Below are positions 48,043 through 57,596 of a stretch of DNA of 64,000 nucleotides, in pieces. The stretch spans positions 192,001 through 256,000 of the forward strand of contig CAVYES010000002.1 of the NCBI GenBank assembly GCA_963767735.1, written 5' to 3'. Made by a program: the position numbers and the translations under genes. The notes beneath the pieces were generated by a model. That model made no database searches. It was given only the letters and a program-made list of their open reading frames with translations, and was not told where the DNA came from. This stretch comes from Candidatus Bathyarchaeota archaeon. Lineage in GTDB: Archaea; Thermoproteota; Bathyarchaeia; Bathyarchaeales; Bathycorpusculaceae. How positions within the stretch are numbered: position 1 is the first letter of the stretch; every line of letters begins with the position of its first letter.

Positions 48043-49287
48043 TTACAGCAGTGACTCGTAGATTTTGCTTGTTTGCTCAGCAACTTTTCGCCAAGTAAAA
48101 TACTCCAGCACTCTTCGCCTGCCGTTTTCGCCCCAGTTTTTGGCTTTTTCAGGGTCACGCAGCACCGCATTTATCCCCCAAGCTATGTCCGCAGGGTCTC
48201 CCCCGTTAACGTGCACTCCGTTTTGTTCAGTACCACCGGGTATCACTTGCTCTTTGAAGCCCACCACACCTCTCGCACCGACTACCACCGGTTTCTCCAT
48301 GGCCATCGCCTCTAAACTCACAATTCCAAACGGCTCATAAGTTGACGGAAAAACGCACACATCAGAGGCAGCATAGTGGAGGATCCGTTCTTTTTCAGAC
48401 ACGAAGTCGAAGCGGTAAACGATTTTGTCCTTAATGTTCAGTCTTTCTGCTGCGTCAACGATGCTTTGCTCGTCGCCTTTGCCTAAAATAACCAGTTTAG
48501 TATTAGGGTTCTCTTTGAGAATTATAGGCATAGCCTGTAGTAAATTGTGTACGCCTTTAACCCAAGTGAGCCTTCCTACGAAAAGCAGCATGTTCCAACC
48601 GTCAGGAATGCCATATTTTGCTCTGATTTGCTCAACATCTTGTTTTTTAACTTTGATCGGGTTGTAAATATCTGGGTCTACACCATTCCAGGCTACGCTG
48701 ATTTTTGAAGATTGCCAGCCGTGCTTTATGAGGTCTTCTTGCATTGCGTAGCTGACGGTTATTATGCGGTCGGAGTTTTGAGCCATCGCGGTCTCCAAAT
48801 GGGACACTACTTCAGAGCCTTGCCCGCCGCTTCTGCCCCATTCTGTACTGTGCACATGGAAAACCACCGGTATTTTAGTTTCATTCTTAATTATTAATCC
48901 TGAAATGCTGCTTAGCCAGTCGTGAACGCAGACGACGTCAAAATTGTATTTCTCTTTTTTAATTAAGGCATTGATGAATTTGGTGGCGCTCAAGACGTTG
49001 TACATGAAGATGTCGTTGAAGAATTTGATGTTTGTACCCCATTTTTTCAGGTCATCCGTCACAAAGAAGGGCCAAACGCTGCTGGCATCAGCGACTAATG
49101 GTCTGTGAACTTCTACGCCTTTGAGGATTTCTTTTGTCTTCAACCCGCCGTTGTTGAGGGTGAATACTGAGACGTCATGCCCAATGTCAACGTATTCATG
49201 AGTGATGTATTCTGCATAAGTGCCTAAACCACCAACAATTTGAGGAGGATATTCATACACAAAAAAGCCAATTCGCAAAGCCGTCAC
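48043..49287 (-). CDS. GT4 glycosyltransferase (glycogen synthase-like)
   Basis: EYPP..VGGLG, HDW, HSTE.GR, PSTYEPFGIVSLEAMA. Confidence 0.9.
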   Translation of the reverse strand: MTALRIGFFVYEYPPQIVGGLGTYAEYITHEYVDIGHDVSVFTLNNGGLKTKEILKGVEVHRPLVADASSVWPFFVTDDLKKWGTNIKFFNDIFMYNVLSATKFINALIKKEKYNFDVVCVHDWLSSISGLIIKNETKIPVVFHVHSTEWGRSGGQGSEVVSHLETAMAQNSDRIITVSYAMQEDLIKHGWQSSKISVAWNGVDPDIYNPIKVKKQDVEQIRAKYGIPDGWNMLLFVGRLTWVKGVHNLLQAMPIILKENPNTKLVILGKGDEQSIVDAAERLNIKDKIVYRFDFVSEKERILHYAASDVCVFPSTYEPFGIVSLEAMAMEKPVVVGARGVVGFKEQVIPGGTEQNGVHVNGGDPADIAWGINAVLRDPEKAKNWGENGRRRVLEYFTWRKVAEQTSKIYESLL

Positions 49288-49408
49288 CTAAGCTCTTGCC
49301 TTAACTATGCCTTGAATGCTATTTATACTTTAAATCTGAATGAAAATTCTGCTATCTTTGCATAATTTTTCTATAGCCAATTTTAATTAGTTTTAGTTCG
49401 ATAGGATG

Positions 49409-49471
49409 CTATAATTCGCTGCCGATTAGATACTCCATTCAAGCCCATGCATCCACTACAAATCTACTCAA
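49409..49471 (-). pseudogene. Remnant of a PIN/VapC toxin N-terminus
   Basis: (TTG)SRFVVDAWA*MEYLIGSEL*, overlapping the AbrB stop. Confidence 0.6.
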
Positions 49472-49664
49472 ATGCTTTCAACTCATCGTCAACGGTGAAT
49501 GACTTCATGCCGTTGAGGGTACCGAAACCATTTTTCCGACATTTCTTCACGGTAACTTCGATGTACTCCTTCTCTCGGATGTTTTGCGTTTCAACCAACT
49601 CTTTAGGCAAAGTAACCACGATTGACCCGCCTACTTTCCTATTTTTTGTCAAACACCTTGCCAT
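49464..49664 (-). CDS. AbrB/MazE-type antitoxin
   Basis: RKVGGSIVVTLPKE. Confidence 0.85.
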   Translation of the reverse strand: MARCLTKNRKVGGSIVVTLPKELVETQNIREKEYIEVTVKKCRKNGFGTLNGMKSFTVDDELKAFE

Positions 49665-49778
49665 GTAACCACCAGTCAAATAAAATTATACAACAAGTTA
49701 TACTTAACAGTCCCTAAACAAAATAAAAAACAATCTCACGTTTTTTTCTTTGAAATTCTTATTTTTGCGAACCATTCA

Positions 49779-50303
49779 CTATTTCAGTAATGTGAAGTTC
49801 TCAATTAACCGCATAATTTCTGCATAACTCTCCAAGCTGCATCGCCAGCCAGCAGAAACCATGTCATTTATGGACTGCTTAGCTGCTTTTTTTGAAAGTA
49901 GCCCTTCAAAAACAGCTCTCACCAAAACGTAAGGTGTGCCCACATATTCGATTCCATAGACCTTCGCCGTCTTTCTTGCTACCTCATCATCAATAACTGC
50001 CAACGCTTTGTTTTCTTTGGCGAGTGACAAAACTTCTGCATCTGCTTCATGAAGACCGCGAGTCTTAGATAACTGAGAAAGAAAGACTGAATCTTTGGGC
50101 TTGCAAACCTTGAAAACGTGGTTATCAAACATTTTCTCCAATGCAATTGCGTCTGAAACCCCCTTGAGTTTGCCTTTATCCACGACTTCTGCCTTAACCA
50201 GCGGAGAAGTTAATTTTTCCTCTTCTAAATATGTGATAATTCCGCTTAAGCCAGCTTTCGTCAGATAGATCAGAGGAGTGGAATTGAACACTAACGGCTT
50301 CAC
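49779..50303 (-). CDS. DUF3368 PIN-domain toxin
   Basis: VFNSTPLIYL, LHEADAEVL, IDDEVAR, GT. Confidence 0.88.
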   Translation of the reverse strand: MKPLVFNSTPLIYLTKAGLSGIITYLEEEKLTSPLVKAEVVDKGKLKGVSDAIALEKMFDNHVFKVCKPKDSVFLSQLSKTRGLHEADAEVLSLAKENKALAVIDDEVARKTAKVYGIEYVGTPYVLVRAVFEGLLSKKAAKQSINDMVSAGWRCSLESYAEIMRLIENFTLLK

Positions 50304-50629
50304 TTATTCTTCGCCACCGATGCTTCCCTAAACTCCTTCTCTAAATCTTCAGGTTCATACCTGACCCATTCTATGTTGTGTTGTTTCACTAAATCAGCAA
50401 ATTCCCAAAGCGAAAGCTTGGCAATGTCTGCTGCTTTAGCGAAGGTTGCTTTTCCCGATTGCAAAAGCTCCAGTGAAGTTTGTTTTCTCCACTCTATAAC
50501 GCCTGTTTCTAGAAGGTTTCGTACTACCGTTGCTTTATCGAGTTTTTCTTTTTTTATTATTTCAAGAATTTCTTTTTCTAGCTCAGCGGGAACTCTGACA
50601 GCTAATGGTTTTAATGGCAACGCGACCAC
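50300..50629 (-). CDS. UPF0175 family antitoxin
   Basis: GKATFAKAADIAKLSLWEF; 4-bp overlap with the toxin. Confidence 0.88.
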   Translation of the reverse strand: MVALPLKPLAVRVPAELEKEILEIIKKEKLDKATVVRNLLETGVIEWRKQTSLELLQSGKATFAKAADIAKLSLWEFADLVKQHNIEWVRYEPEDLEKEFREASVAKNK

Positions 50630-50752
50630 TGTTTACAATAGGTGTCAAATGAATACATAAATCTTGTGTGAACATAATGCAGAAGCATTATTCAACAATC
50701 CTAAAACGTTTTATCGTTAGATGAAGAAATAGTTTGTCAGGAGTCACGAAAT

Positions 50753-51289
50753 TTGAAGTCAGCTTTAATAGTTTATTGTTCAATCACAGGAAATACCCAA
50801 AAAGTTGCTTACGCGATTAGCGAAGGCTTGAAGGACGCAGGGTTAAAGGTTGATTTGAAGAATCCTCAAGAGGCCGCCGACGTGGACTTTTTTGTTTACG
50901 ATTTGGTTTGTGTTGGTTCGCCATCGATAGAGTGGCAGCCTGCTAAGCCGATGACTGACTTTCTTAAGGCTAAATTGGCTTTTTACCGTAATCAAGGAAA
51001 AATTAAGCCGTGCGCCCCAAAATTAGCTGGCAAAAACGCGTTGGTTTTCTGCACTTATTCTGGGTCACACACAGGCATCGCAGAGGCTACTCCAGCGGGA
51101 AAAACTATGCGGCAGTATTTCGAGCATTTCGGTTTTAACGTGGTCGGTGAATGGTATGTGCCGGGCGAGTTTCATGGAAGAGAAGATTTGAGCACGCAGG
51201 GCAGGCTTGGGGACATCAGGGGAAAACCAACAGCGAAGACTTTGGCGAAAATTAAAAAGAACGCGGAACAATTAGCAGAGCATCTGTAA
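50753..51289 (+). CDS. Flavodoxin-domain protein
   Basis: VYCSITGNT, VGSP, FCTYSG. Confidence 0.85.
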   Translation: MKSALIVYCSITGNTQKVAYAISEGLKDAGLKVDLKNPQEAADVDFFVYDLVCVGSPSIEWQPAKPMTDFLKAKLAFYRNQGKIKPCAPKLAGKNALVFCTYSGSHTGIAEATPAGKTMRQYFEHFGFNVVGEWYVPGEFHGREDLSTQGRLGDIRGKPTAKTLAKIKKNAEQLAEHL

Positions 51290-51300
51290 TGGTGGTTATT

Positions 51301-51582
51301 ATGGCTAAAACAGTTAATTTGCCCGATAAAATCTATGATGATTTGGCTAAGGTTGCTGAAGAATTAACTTTTATGGCTAAAAAGCCGATTTCACAGTCAA
51401 TGGCGATAAACCTGCTGATTGAAGTTTACCATGCACACCTCAATAATCGATGTGCGCTTGACTCTTTCAGCCAGCAACTAGCCAGCTTAGACATAATGTC
51501 ACCCGAAGAATTTAACAAATACTGGGATGAACCCGCAAAACCGCAGGAAAAAAAGCGTAAAGCAAAAGCCAAGAAACAATGA
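51301..51582 (+). CDS. Hypothetical protein (RHH-like N-terminus)
   Basis: MAKTVNLPDKIYDDL. Confidence 0.65.
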   Translation: MAKTVNLPDKIYDDLAKVAEELTFMAKKPISQSMAINLLIEVYHAHLNNRCALDSFSQQLASLDIMSPEEFNKYWDEPAKPQEKKRKAKAKKQ

Positions 51583-51797
51583 ATTTAGCTGGAAAAATAT
51601 ACCGAGCGGCGCGCCTAATTGCTTCAAGCCGGGGTTTGCTGGGACTCTGGAACACTCTTTGGAGAAAAGAAAAATGCGAAGGTTGCTGAACCTATTGTTT
51701 CTTGCAAATTTGACCAGAACCTTCTCAGCCCCATATTTTTCTCAAAGATTTTAAAACTAAAAAAAGGGAAAGATGGTTTGTTTTTGTTTTGGCTTTT

Positions 51798-52050
51798 TTA
51801 GGTGTGTTTTCTGAGCATTAGCAATATTACTACGGCGAGGCCTACGATGATTACAACGAATAGGCCTGCGATTGCGGGAACAAAGTATGTGTCAGCGACG
51901 GATGTTGGGATTGCGGTTGGTGCTGCAGTGCATGCGGGTGTTGAAGTAGCGTAGAACGATGTTTCGACGTTAATTGGATAGTAAGCGTTGGAGCCTGCAA
52001 AGGTGGCGGTGACAGTGTATGAACATGGGACGTCAGGTGCCCAAGGCAGC
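51798..52050 (-). pseudogene. Orphan C-terminal fragment of a surface protein (PQQ-propeller family tail)
   Basis: LPWAPDVPCSYTVTATFAGSNAYYP...SVADTYFVPAIAGLFVVIIVGLAVVILLMLRKHT*; no in-frame ATG/GTG/TTG upstream before the stop at 52101-52103. Confidence 0.7.
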
Positions 52051-52484
52051 GCTTTAAAAATTTTAGAACAGGAACTTTCCCATAAAGGCTCCAGAATCTC
52101 TTATCAGTGTCCAAAAGAGGAGTGAAACCCAAAAAAAAATTTGCAGATGCCCTAAGCGAAATAACCAAATGCCTCGAAAAAACGGCTAGACCTGCTGGAA
52201 CATAATCTACCCTAGTGGCACGCGACGGCAAACCAGAGGTAGCTCATTTAACTCTCAGGTTTTTGGTTTGGCGGATTACCTTTTTTTCGCCGGCTATACA
52301 CATGACCCATCCAACCACCCAAATGCAAACAGCGAAAGGTAACACGAGGAGTGAAGCTATTTTATTTCGTTTTGGCATAGCAAGTGGTTACAGTAGAACT
52401 TAAAATAAGGTTTGTTGAGAAACGCACTTTGCTAAATTTGTCAATTCCTGTCTTTTTTTCCAAAATGTAATTTTGAGGACTTAC

Positions 52485-52937
52485 CTATGGATGTGCTTCG
52501 CTCACTTGGATGTCCCAAAGCGACAGGCCAGTTACAGCGTCCTTTTTCCTTGCAAGTTTGTCTCCTGTTAGTTCAGTCAGATGAACTTCAGCAGCGAAAA
52601 CTTTGCCCTCAAGCAGATGCCCAGCTTTCGCATTTCCATTTTTGTCAGCTAAAACTACGTGTGCATGAACAAAGGGTTCGCCGTCATTTATGGAAATGTT
52701 GCCAACACAACTTGCAATTTCCTGCGGAGCCGAAATCAAAGTCTCCAAATACTCATGTTTTTCTTGATCGTAAAATCCAATCTTGGCACATTTCAAAGCA
52801 CCTATCGCCGTAAAGGTCGCGGCCATAATCGCGTTCCTCTTTGCCAATTCAGTTACAAACTCAATTATTTCCGAATCATGTTTAACGCGTACAAGAAAAA
52901 TTTTCCCAACGTCAAGTTTTCTAAAGCTCATTTTCAC
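52485..52937 (-). CDS. PPC/DUF296 protein
   Basis: AIGAL, GNIS, PFVHAHVVL, AGHL. Confidence 0.9.
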   Translation of the reverse strand: MKMSFRKLDVGKIFLVRVKHDSEIIEFVTELAKRNAIMAATFTAIGALKCAKIGFYDQEKHEYLETLISAPQEIASCVGNISINDGEPFVHAHVVLADKNGNAKAGHLLEGKVFAAEVHLTELTGDKLARKKDAVTGLSLWDIQVSEAHP

Positions 52938-53148
52938 TTCTCCCCAATTCAGGTTATGCGTACCGAATAGATAATTTTAAAATTAATCAGTTATATGGAT
53001 TTTACTCTCAAATACCCTTTTCATTTCCCCTGATTCTAACTCAAAACGTTTCCTGTGAAAGCGTAGCCAAATCATCATTTAAAATTCAAAATGCATTTAC
53101 ACCATAACGACGCAAAAAGACTATTAATCGGAATATTACTCGAGAAAG

Positions 53149-53237
53149 GGGCGAATCGAGGGTTAGCTTAAATGCAGCGTGATTCTCTCTCTCTTCCTGA
53201 ATTTTTCGTTTGCGTTTAAGTTAACCTTACTTCGCTC
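53149..53237 (+). ncRNA. Candidate structured RNA hairpin
   Basis: 18-bp stem 53159-53176/53211-53228 with three G-U pairs; outer 7-bp stem; C/U-rich loop; TATA-like TATTAAT at 53122. Confidence 0.5.
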
Positions 53238-53305
53238 GAACCCGCAACTATTTCATAATTTCATCAAATAAAAACTTAATGTATTTATTTTATTTACTGG
53301 GACAA

Positions 53306-53884
53306 TCATGAATTAATCTGTAACCTTTTTGGGTTTTGCGTAGCCATCACGATTTCTAAGGCTTTATTTTTTAGTTTCTCTGGCAGATTATTTCGATTTG
53401 CTAAAGTTACGATAAAAATCTCCGCATCTTCTCTTTGTTTTGCTTGAGTTATCAGCGGGTCTTTTGCTTTCAAGTGAACAACGGATAGAACCATTTTTTG
53501 GCTGTCTAACGCTTTTATAACGGATAGTTTGAAATTTCGGGAGAAAAGCTCCATGGGACCTATCTCGTCAATGGCGATAACATCTTTTTTCTCAACCGCA
53601 TCAGCGATTGCTTTAGCCCCAATATTATCTAGGTCTTCTATGTTAACGTGGTACTTGTCCACTTGTGGACCCACTCTCTGATTGATATGTGCAAGCCAGC
53701 CGTGTTTGTTGTTGGTTAAGTCTATGATTTCAAAGCCGACCCGCGTACCGCCTTCTCTTGCTTCACGACTAATCATACCGCCGACTGTTATGCCCTAGGC
53801 TTTAAGCGAGTCAACTAATTTAATGAGCATAGTTGTTTTTCCAACGCCCGGGCTGCCAGTTAAAAGCAAAACTCGCTTCTGCAA
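53306..53884 (-). CDS. THEP1/NTPase_1 nucleoside triphosphatase with in-frame TAG at 53795-53797
   Basis: LLTGSPGVGKTT...LKA*GITVGGMISRE...RVGF...IDEIGPMEL. Confidence 0.85.
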
Positions 53885-53966
53885 TGCTTTCACGTTCCAT
53901 CTATTACCAGAAGTCTAATATGCCGATAAAATTCTTTCCATAGCAACATTCACTGGAGCGACACCG

Positions 53967-55172
53967 ATGGAAGAGTATAAGGCAGATTTCCCAAGCGAAA
54001 TAATCAAAGAAGGAAAAATCCAAGTGTTAGTGCCCAAACTCGCAGCCTACGGAGTAAACCCGTCGGATTACGCGCCGTCTAAAGCTCCAGTGTTTTACAA
54101 TCCAGTGATGGAGTTTAACCGTGACTTAACGGTTTTAGCGTTCCGAGCCTATCAACGCATGGCTGGAAGAGAAATCAGCATTTGTGACCCATTAACCAGT
54201 CAGGGCATCCGCGGCGTACGTTTTGCCGCTGAAATTTTCGGCGTGAAAAAAGTGTTAATCAGCGACATTAACGAGAGAGCATACAAACTTGCAAAGCACA
54301 ACGTGCAAATCAACGGACTCGAAAAAACGGTCACTGTTAAGCATAAGGACGCGAACTGCATTTTAAGCTGCAATGCTTCGCCTAAGAAAAGGTTTGATAT
54401 AGTTGATGTTGACCCGTTTGGCACTCCAGCCCCATACTTAGGCTCAGCTCTGCGAGCAATCCGCAACAATGGCTTATTAGCTTCAACGGCAACAGACCTG
54501 GCGCCTCTTTGTGGGGTGCACGCTAAAGCCTGCATTCGAAAGTACGGCGGCAGACCCATGCGAACAGAGTACTGCCATGAGCTTGCTGTTAGGCTTTTAG
54601 CCGGCTGCACTGCCACCTTAGCGGCAAAGCACGATATCGGCATCCAAGTCGTCTTCAGCCACAGCAGCGAACATTACATCCGACTGTATACTCAAATCTC
54701 ATATGGTGCAAAGAAAGCGGATGAAAGCCTCAAAAGCCTGGGTGATATTCTGCATTGTTTTAGCTGTTTTCACCGCGAAACCAGGCACCAACCGTTCGGA
54801 AGCCTCCAATGCCCTGAATGCGGCCAAAAAATGGATTATGCGGGTCCACTGTGGCTTGGAAGCATTTTCGACCCAGGCTTCATCGAGTCAATGATGAAAG
54901 AAAACAAAACGGTGGCTTTCAGAAACAGCGCCAGAATCACGAAGCTTCTTACTTTAACCAAAGACGAAGCCCAAGCACCCATAACATACTACATTCTTGA
55001 CAAATTAAGCGGAAAACTTGGCCTCCCATCACCATCCATACAATCCTTCATCGAAATGCTCCGCAAAAGCGGTTTTCAAGCGGTACAGACCCACTTTAAT
55101 ACCAGAGGAGTAAGAACCGATGCTCCCGTGGCAGCAATGCATAAACTGCTCAAAGAAGCAAGCGGCAGTTAG
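53967..55172 (+). CDS. trm1: tRNA (guanine26-N2) dimethyltransferase
   Basis: VFYNPVMEFNRD, GIRGVR, DVDPFGTP, TATD, GPLWLG. Confidence 0.95.
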   Translation: MEEYKADFPSEIIKEGKIQVLVPKLAAYGVNPSDYAPSKAPVFYNPVMEFNRDLTVLAFRAYQRMAGREISICDPLTSQGIRGVRFAAEIFGVKKVLISDINERAYKLAKHNVQINGLEKTVTVKHKDANCILSCNASPKKRFDIVDVDPFGTPAPYLGSALRAIRNNGLLASTATDLAPLCGVHAKACIRKYGGRPMRTEYCHELAVRLLAGCTATLAAKHDIGIQVVFSHSSEHYIRLYTQISYGAKKADESLKSLGDILHCFSCFHRETRHQPFGSLQCPECGQKMDYAGPLWLGSIFDPGFIESMMKENKTVAFRNSARITKLLTLTKDEAQAPITYYILDKLSGKLGLPSPSIQSFIEMLRKSGFQAVQTHFNTRGVRTDAPVAAMHKLLKEASGS

Positions 55173-55195
55173 ATAACAATTTATTTTCAGACAAT

Positions 55196-55469
55196 CAGCC
55201 TGTCTCTAAATTTTTTGGTAATGCAATATGGTATTGGACAAACTTAGTTACGAACTCCCCATCAATTCAGCTTGTAAAAGTGATCTCATCTGAAACGACA
55301 CCAGTAAAGGCTAACCCTTTCTAGCTAAGGGAAACTTAAACAACTCTTTTTTTCAAAAAGCCGCTTACTTTTTATTACTTTCTTTTACTTTTCTTTACTT
55401 TCTGTTACTTTCCTTTACTTTTCCTTACGCAACCTGCAAACGTTTCAAAGCCTAAACCAAAAAAGCAAC
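55196..55469 (-). repeat. Second, decayed copy of the MITE-like element with leader + array B (7 units, AAGTAAAGAA)
   Basis: Minus-strand leader gttgcttttttggtttaggctttgaaacgtttgcaggttgcg; array 55361-55430; TIR-like ctgtctctaaattttttgg at 55200-55218. Confidence 0.85.
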
Positions 55470-55582
55470 AAAACTGTTTTTATTCTACTCAAACGAATAC
55501 AGCAGTAAAATTAACGATGAAGCATTAGGCAACAAAAGTTTAAAGAGCAAAACAAGTGCTTAATGTAACAAAGTGAATAGTC

Positions 55583-56389
55583 ATGGACGATAAAATCACG
55601 GTAATTGGCACTGGCATGATGGGTGGCGCCGTAATCAAAAGTCTGCTGAAAGGCGGCTACCAAGGAAAAATAACAGCGGTAGACATCGCGATTGAACGGC
55701 TCAAGGAATTTGAAGCTCTCGGCGTAAAAACATTAACAAATAACAAAAAAGCCGCTGCTGACGCCGACATCGTTTTTATCATCGTTAAGCCTGGCGACGT
55801 TGAGAAAGTTCTCGAAGAAGTCAGCGGGGAAATTAAGGATAAACTTTTGATTTCTGTGGCTGCCACGGTTCCGTTGAAGTTTCTAAAGAAGAATGCGCCT
55901 GAGGCAAAGATAGTGCGGATTATGCCTAATCTTGGCGCGTTGGTTCAGGCAGCTTACACGGCTTATTGTTGCGAAGCAAACGTTACAGCGAAAGACAAAG
56001 AGAAGGTTAAGACTTTACTGAATATGATGGGCATCTGCGATGAAATGGATGAGAAATATATGGATGCAATAACCGCTGTTAGCGGCAGTGGACCGGGCTA
56101 CTTGTCGATTATCATTGAGGCTATGACTTACGCGGGATTAAAGGTTGGGTTGCCGCGTGACATAGCGTTAAGCTGTGCAGCGCAAACTGTCATGGGTGCA
56201 GGCAAGCTTGTTACGGATTTACACTTGGATCCCTCAAAAATCAGAGATATGACAACCACTCCAGGCGGCACAACTATCGAAGCCATATACCAGATTGAAC
56301 AAAGCCAAATTAGACCAGCAATGATGCGTGCAATCGAAGAAGCCACCAAGAAAAGCCAAGCAATCAGAGAAAAACTAAACCTAAACTAG
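55583..56389 (+). CDS. proC: Pyrroline-5-carboxylate reductase
   Basis: IGTGMMG, RIMPN, SGSGPG, TPGGTT. Confidence 0.95.
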   Translation: MDDKITVIGTGMMGGAVIKSLLKGGYQGKITAVDIAIERLKEFEALGVKTLTNNKKAAADADIVFIIVKPGDVEKVLEEVSGEIKDKLLISVAATVPLKFLKKNAPEAKIVRIMPNLGALVQAAYTAYCCEANVTAKDKEKVKTLLNMMGICDEMDEKYMDAITAVSGSGPGYLSIIIEAMTYAGLKVGLPRDIALSCAAQTVMGAGKLVTDLHLDPSKIRDMTTTPGGTTIEAIYQIEQSQIRPAMMRAIEEATKKSQAIREKLNLN

Positions 56390-56400
56390 CACGATCAGCC

Positions 56401-57057
56401 ATGTTTGAAGCAGTTATTTTTGACTGGGACGGAACCTTAGGCGACACGCGGAAAGTAATTGTTATCGCGTTTCAAGCCACGTTAAGCGAAATAAACTGCA
56501 GAGTCAGTGACGAATACATTGAACGCCGCATCGGAATTGGGGCAGCAGACACCTTCCGAGACATATTGCGGTCAGCTAAAACCCAATTCAACGAAAAATT
56601 AATCCAGCGGTTAGTCGAGCGCAAGAGTCAATTTGAAATCGAGCTGACAGACCAAGTGAAACTGTTTCCGGGAGCCAGAGAACTTCTTGAAATGTTACAT
56701 GGCAAAAAGAAAATGGGTTTGGCATCGATGAATAACCGCTCAGTAATCATGCACTTGCTCAAAGCAAAAGACATAGAAAAATGCTTTGAAACAGTTCTTA
56801 CCGCTGAGTCAATTTCACATTCAAAACCAAACCCAGAAATTTTCTTAAAAATTGCATCCAAACTATGTGCGAACCCTGAAAAATGCGTGGTTATCGAGGA
56901 TTCGATTTTCGGTGTCAAAGCTGCAAAAGCAGCAAACATGAGCTGTATTGCCGTTGTTACAGGCGTATATTCTAAGGTGGAGCTCGAAAAAGAAAAGCCT
57001 AATTTGACAGTTGAAACGTTAAAAGATAAGCAAATCATTCCTTTTATTCTGCAGTAA
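56401..57057 (+). CDS. HAD family phosphatase
   Basis: FDWDGTL, KPNPEIF, IEDS..G. Confidence 0.9.
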   Translation: MFEAVIFDWDGTLGDTRKVIVIAFQATLSEINCRVSDEYIERRIGIGAADTFRDILRSAKTQFNEKLIQRLVERKSQFEIELTDQVKLFPGARELLEMLHGKKKMGLASMNNRSVIMHLLKAKDIEKCFETVLTAESISHSKPNPEIFLKIASKLCANPEKCVVIEDSIFGVKAAKAANMSCIAVVTGVYSKVELEKEKPNLTVETLKDKQIIPFILQ

Positions 57058-57134
57058 TATAATCTTGTGGTAGTCTGTTAACAATCACATAGCTTTAAGA
57101 ATTGTTCAAATTAAATATAATTTAGTCTCAAATT

Positions 57135-57425
57135 GTGGAAAGGGAATTATTTTTGAGCAACCTTTTTTCAAACAAAAAAACAAGGATTTCGCTATTCCAG
57201 GTTCTACTGCTAGACAACAACAACAGCGAAGACGTGGAAGTTCAAGAAGCGAAACAAGTGGACTTTTGCCAAGTCAAAAAACACCTGAAAAACGGCGGAT
57301 CAGTCTTCATCACAAGCAAAAAATCCCAAAAAATAGTCTACCCCAAAGCCAAAGCGCAAATAAACTACAGCAAATCAAGACAAAAATATGGAGCCCTCTT
57401 CCGACAACACTTGAGAAGTTCATAA
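57135..57425 (+). CDS. Hypothetical protein
   Basis: 96-aa ORF, start uncertain. Confidence 0.6.
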   Translation: MERELFLSNLFSNKKTRISLFQVLLLDNNNSEDVEVQEAKQVDFCQVKKHLKNGGSVFITSKKSQKIVYPKAKAQINYSKSRQKYGALFRQHLRSS

Positions 57426-57433
57426 ACGTGCGA

Positions 57434-57492
57434 CGTGCATCCAAATAAATTAGCTTACCCCCTCTCTCTTCCACACATTTTTTGGATGCACG
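57434..57492 (+). other. 3' hairpin with CTCTCTCTTCC loop
   Basis: Perfect 12-bp stem CGTGCATCCAAA/TTTGGATGCACG. Confidence 0.6.
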
Positions 57493-57596
57493 CCAGCTCC
57501 CACTCATAAATGAAGTTTTTCATGCACTTTAGGTTAAGAAGCCGATTTAATTTTCAAAGAAAGTTAAGAATAAGTTGGTCTTTGAACGGTGACCGC

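Noticed and set aside
51640-52470. Possible inverted similarity between 51640-51750 and 52380-52470
   Set aside because: Short AT-rich matches only; not distinguishable from chance by eye.
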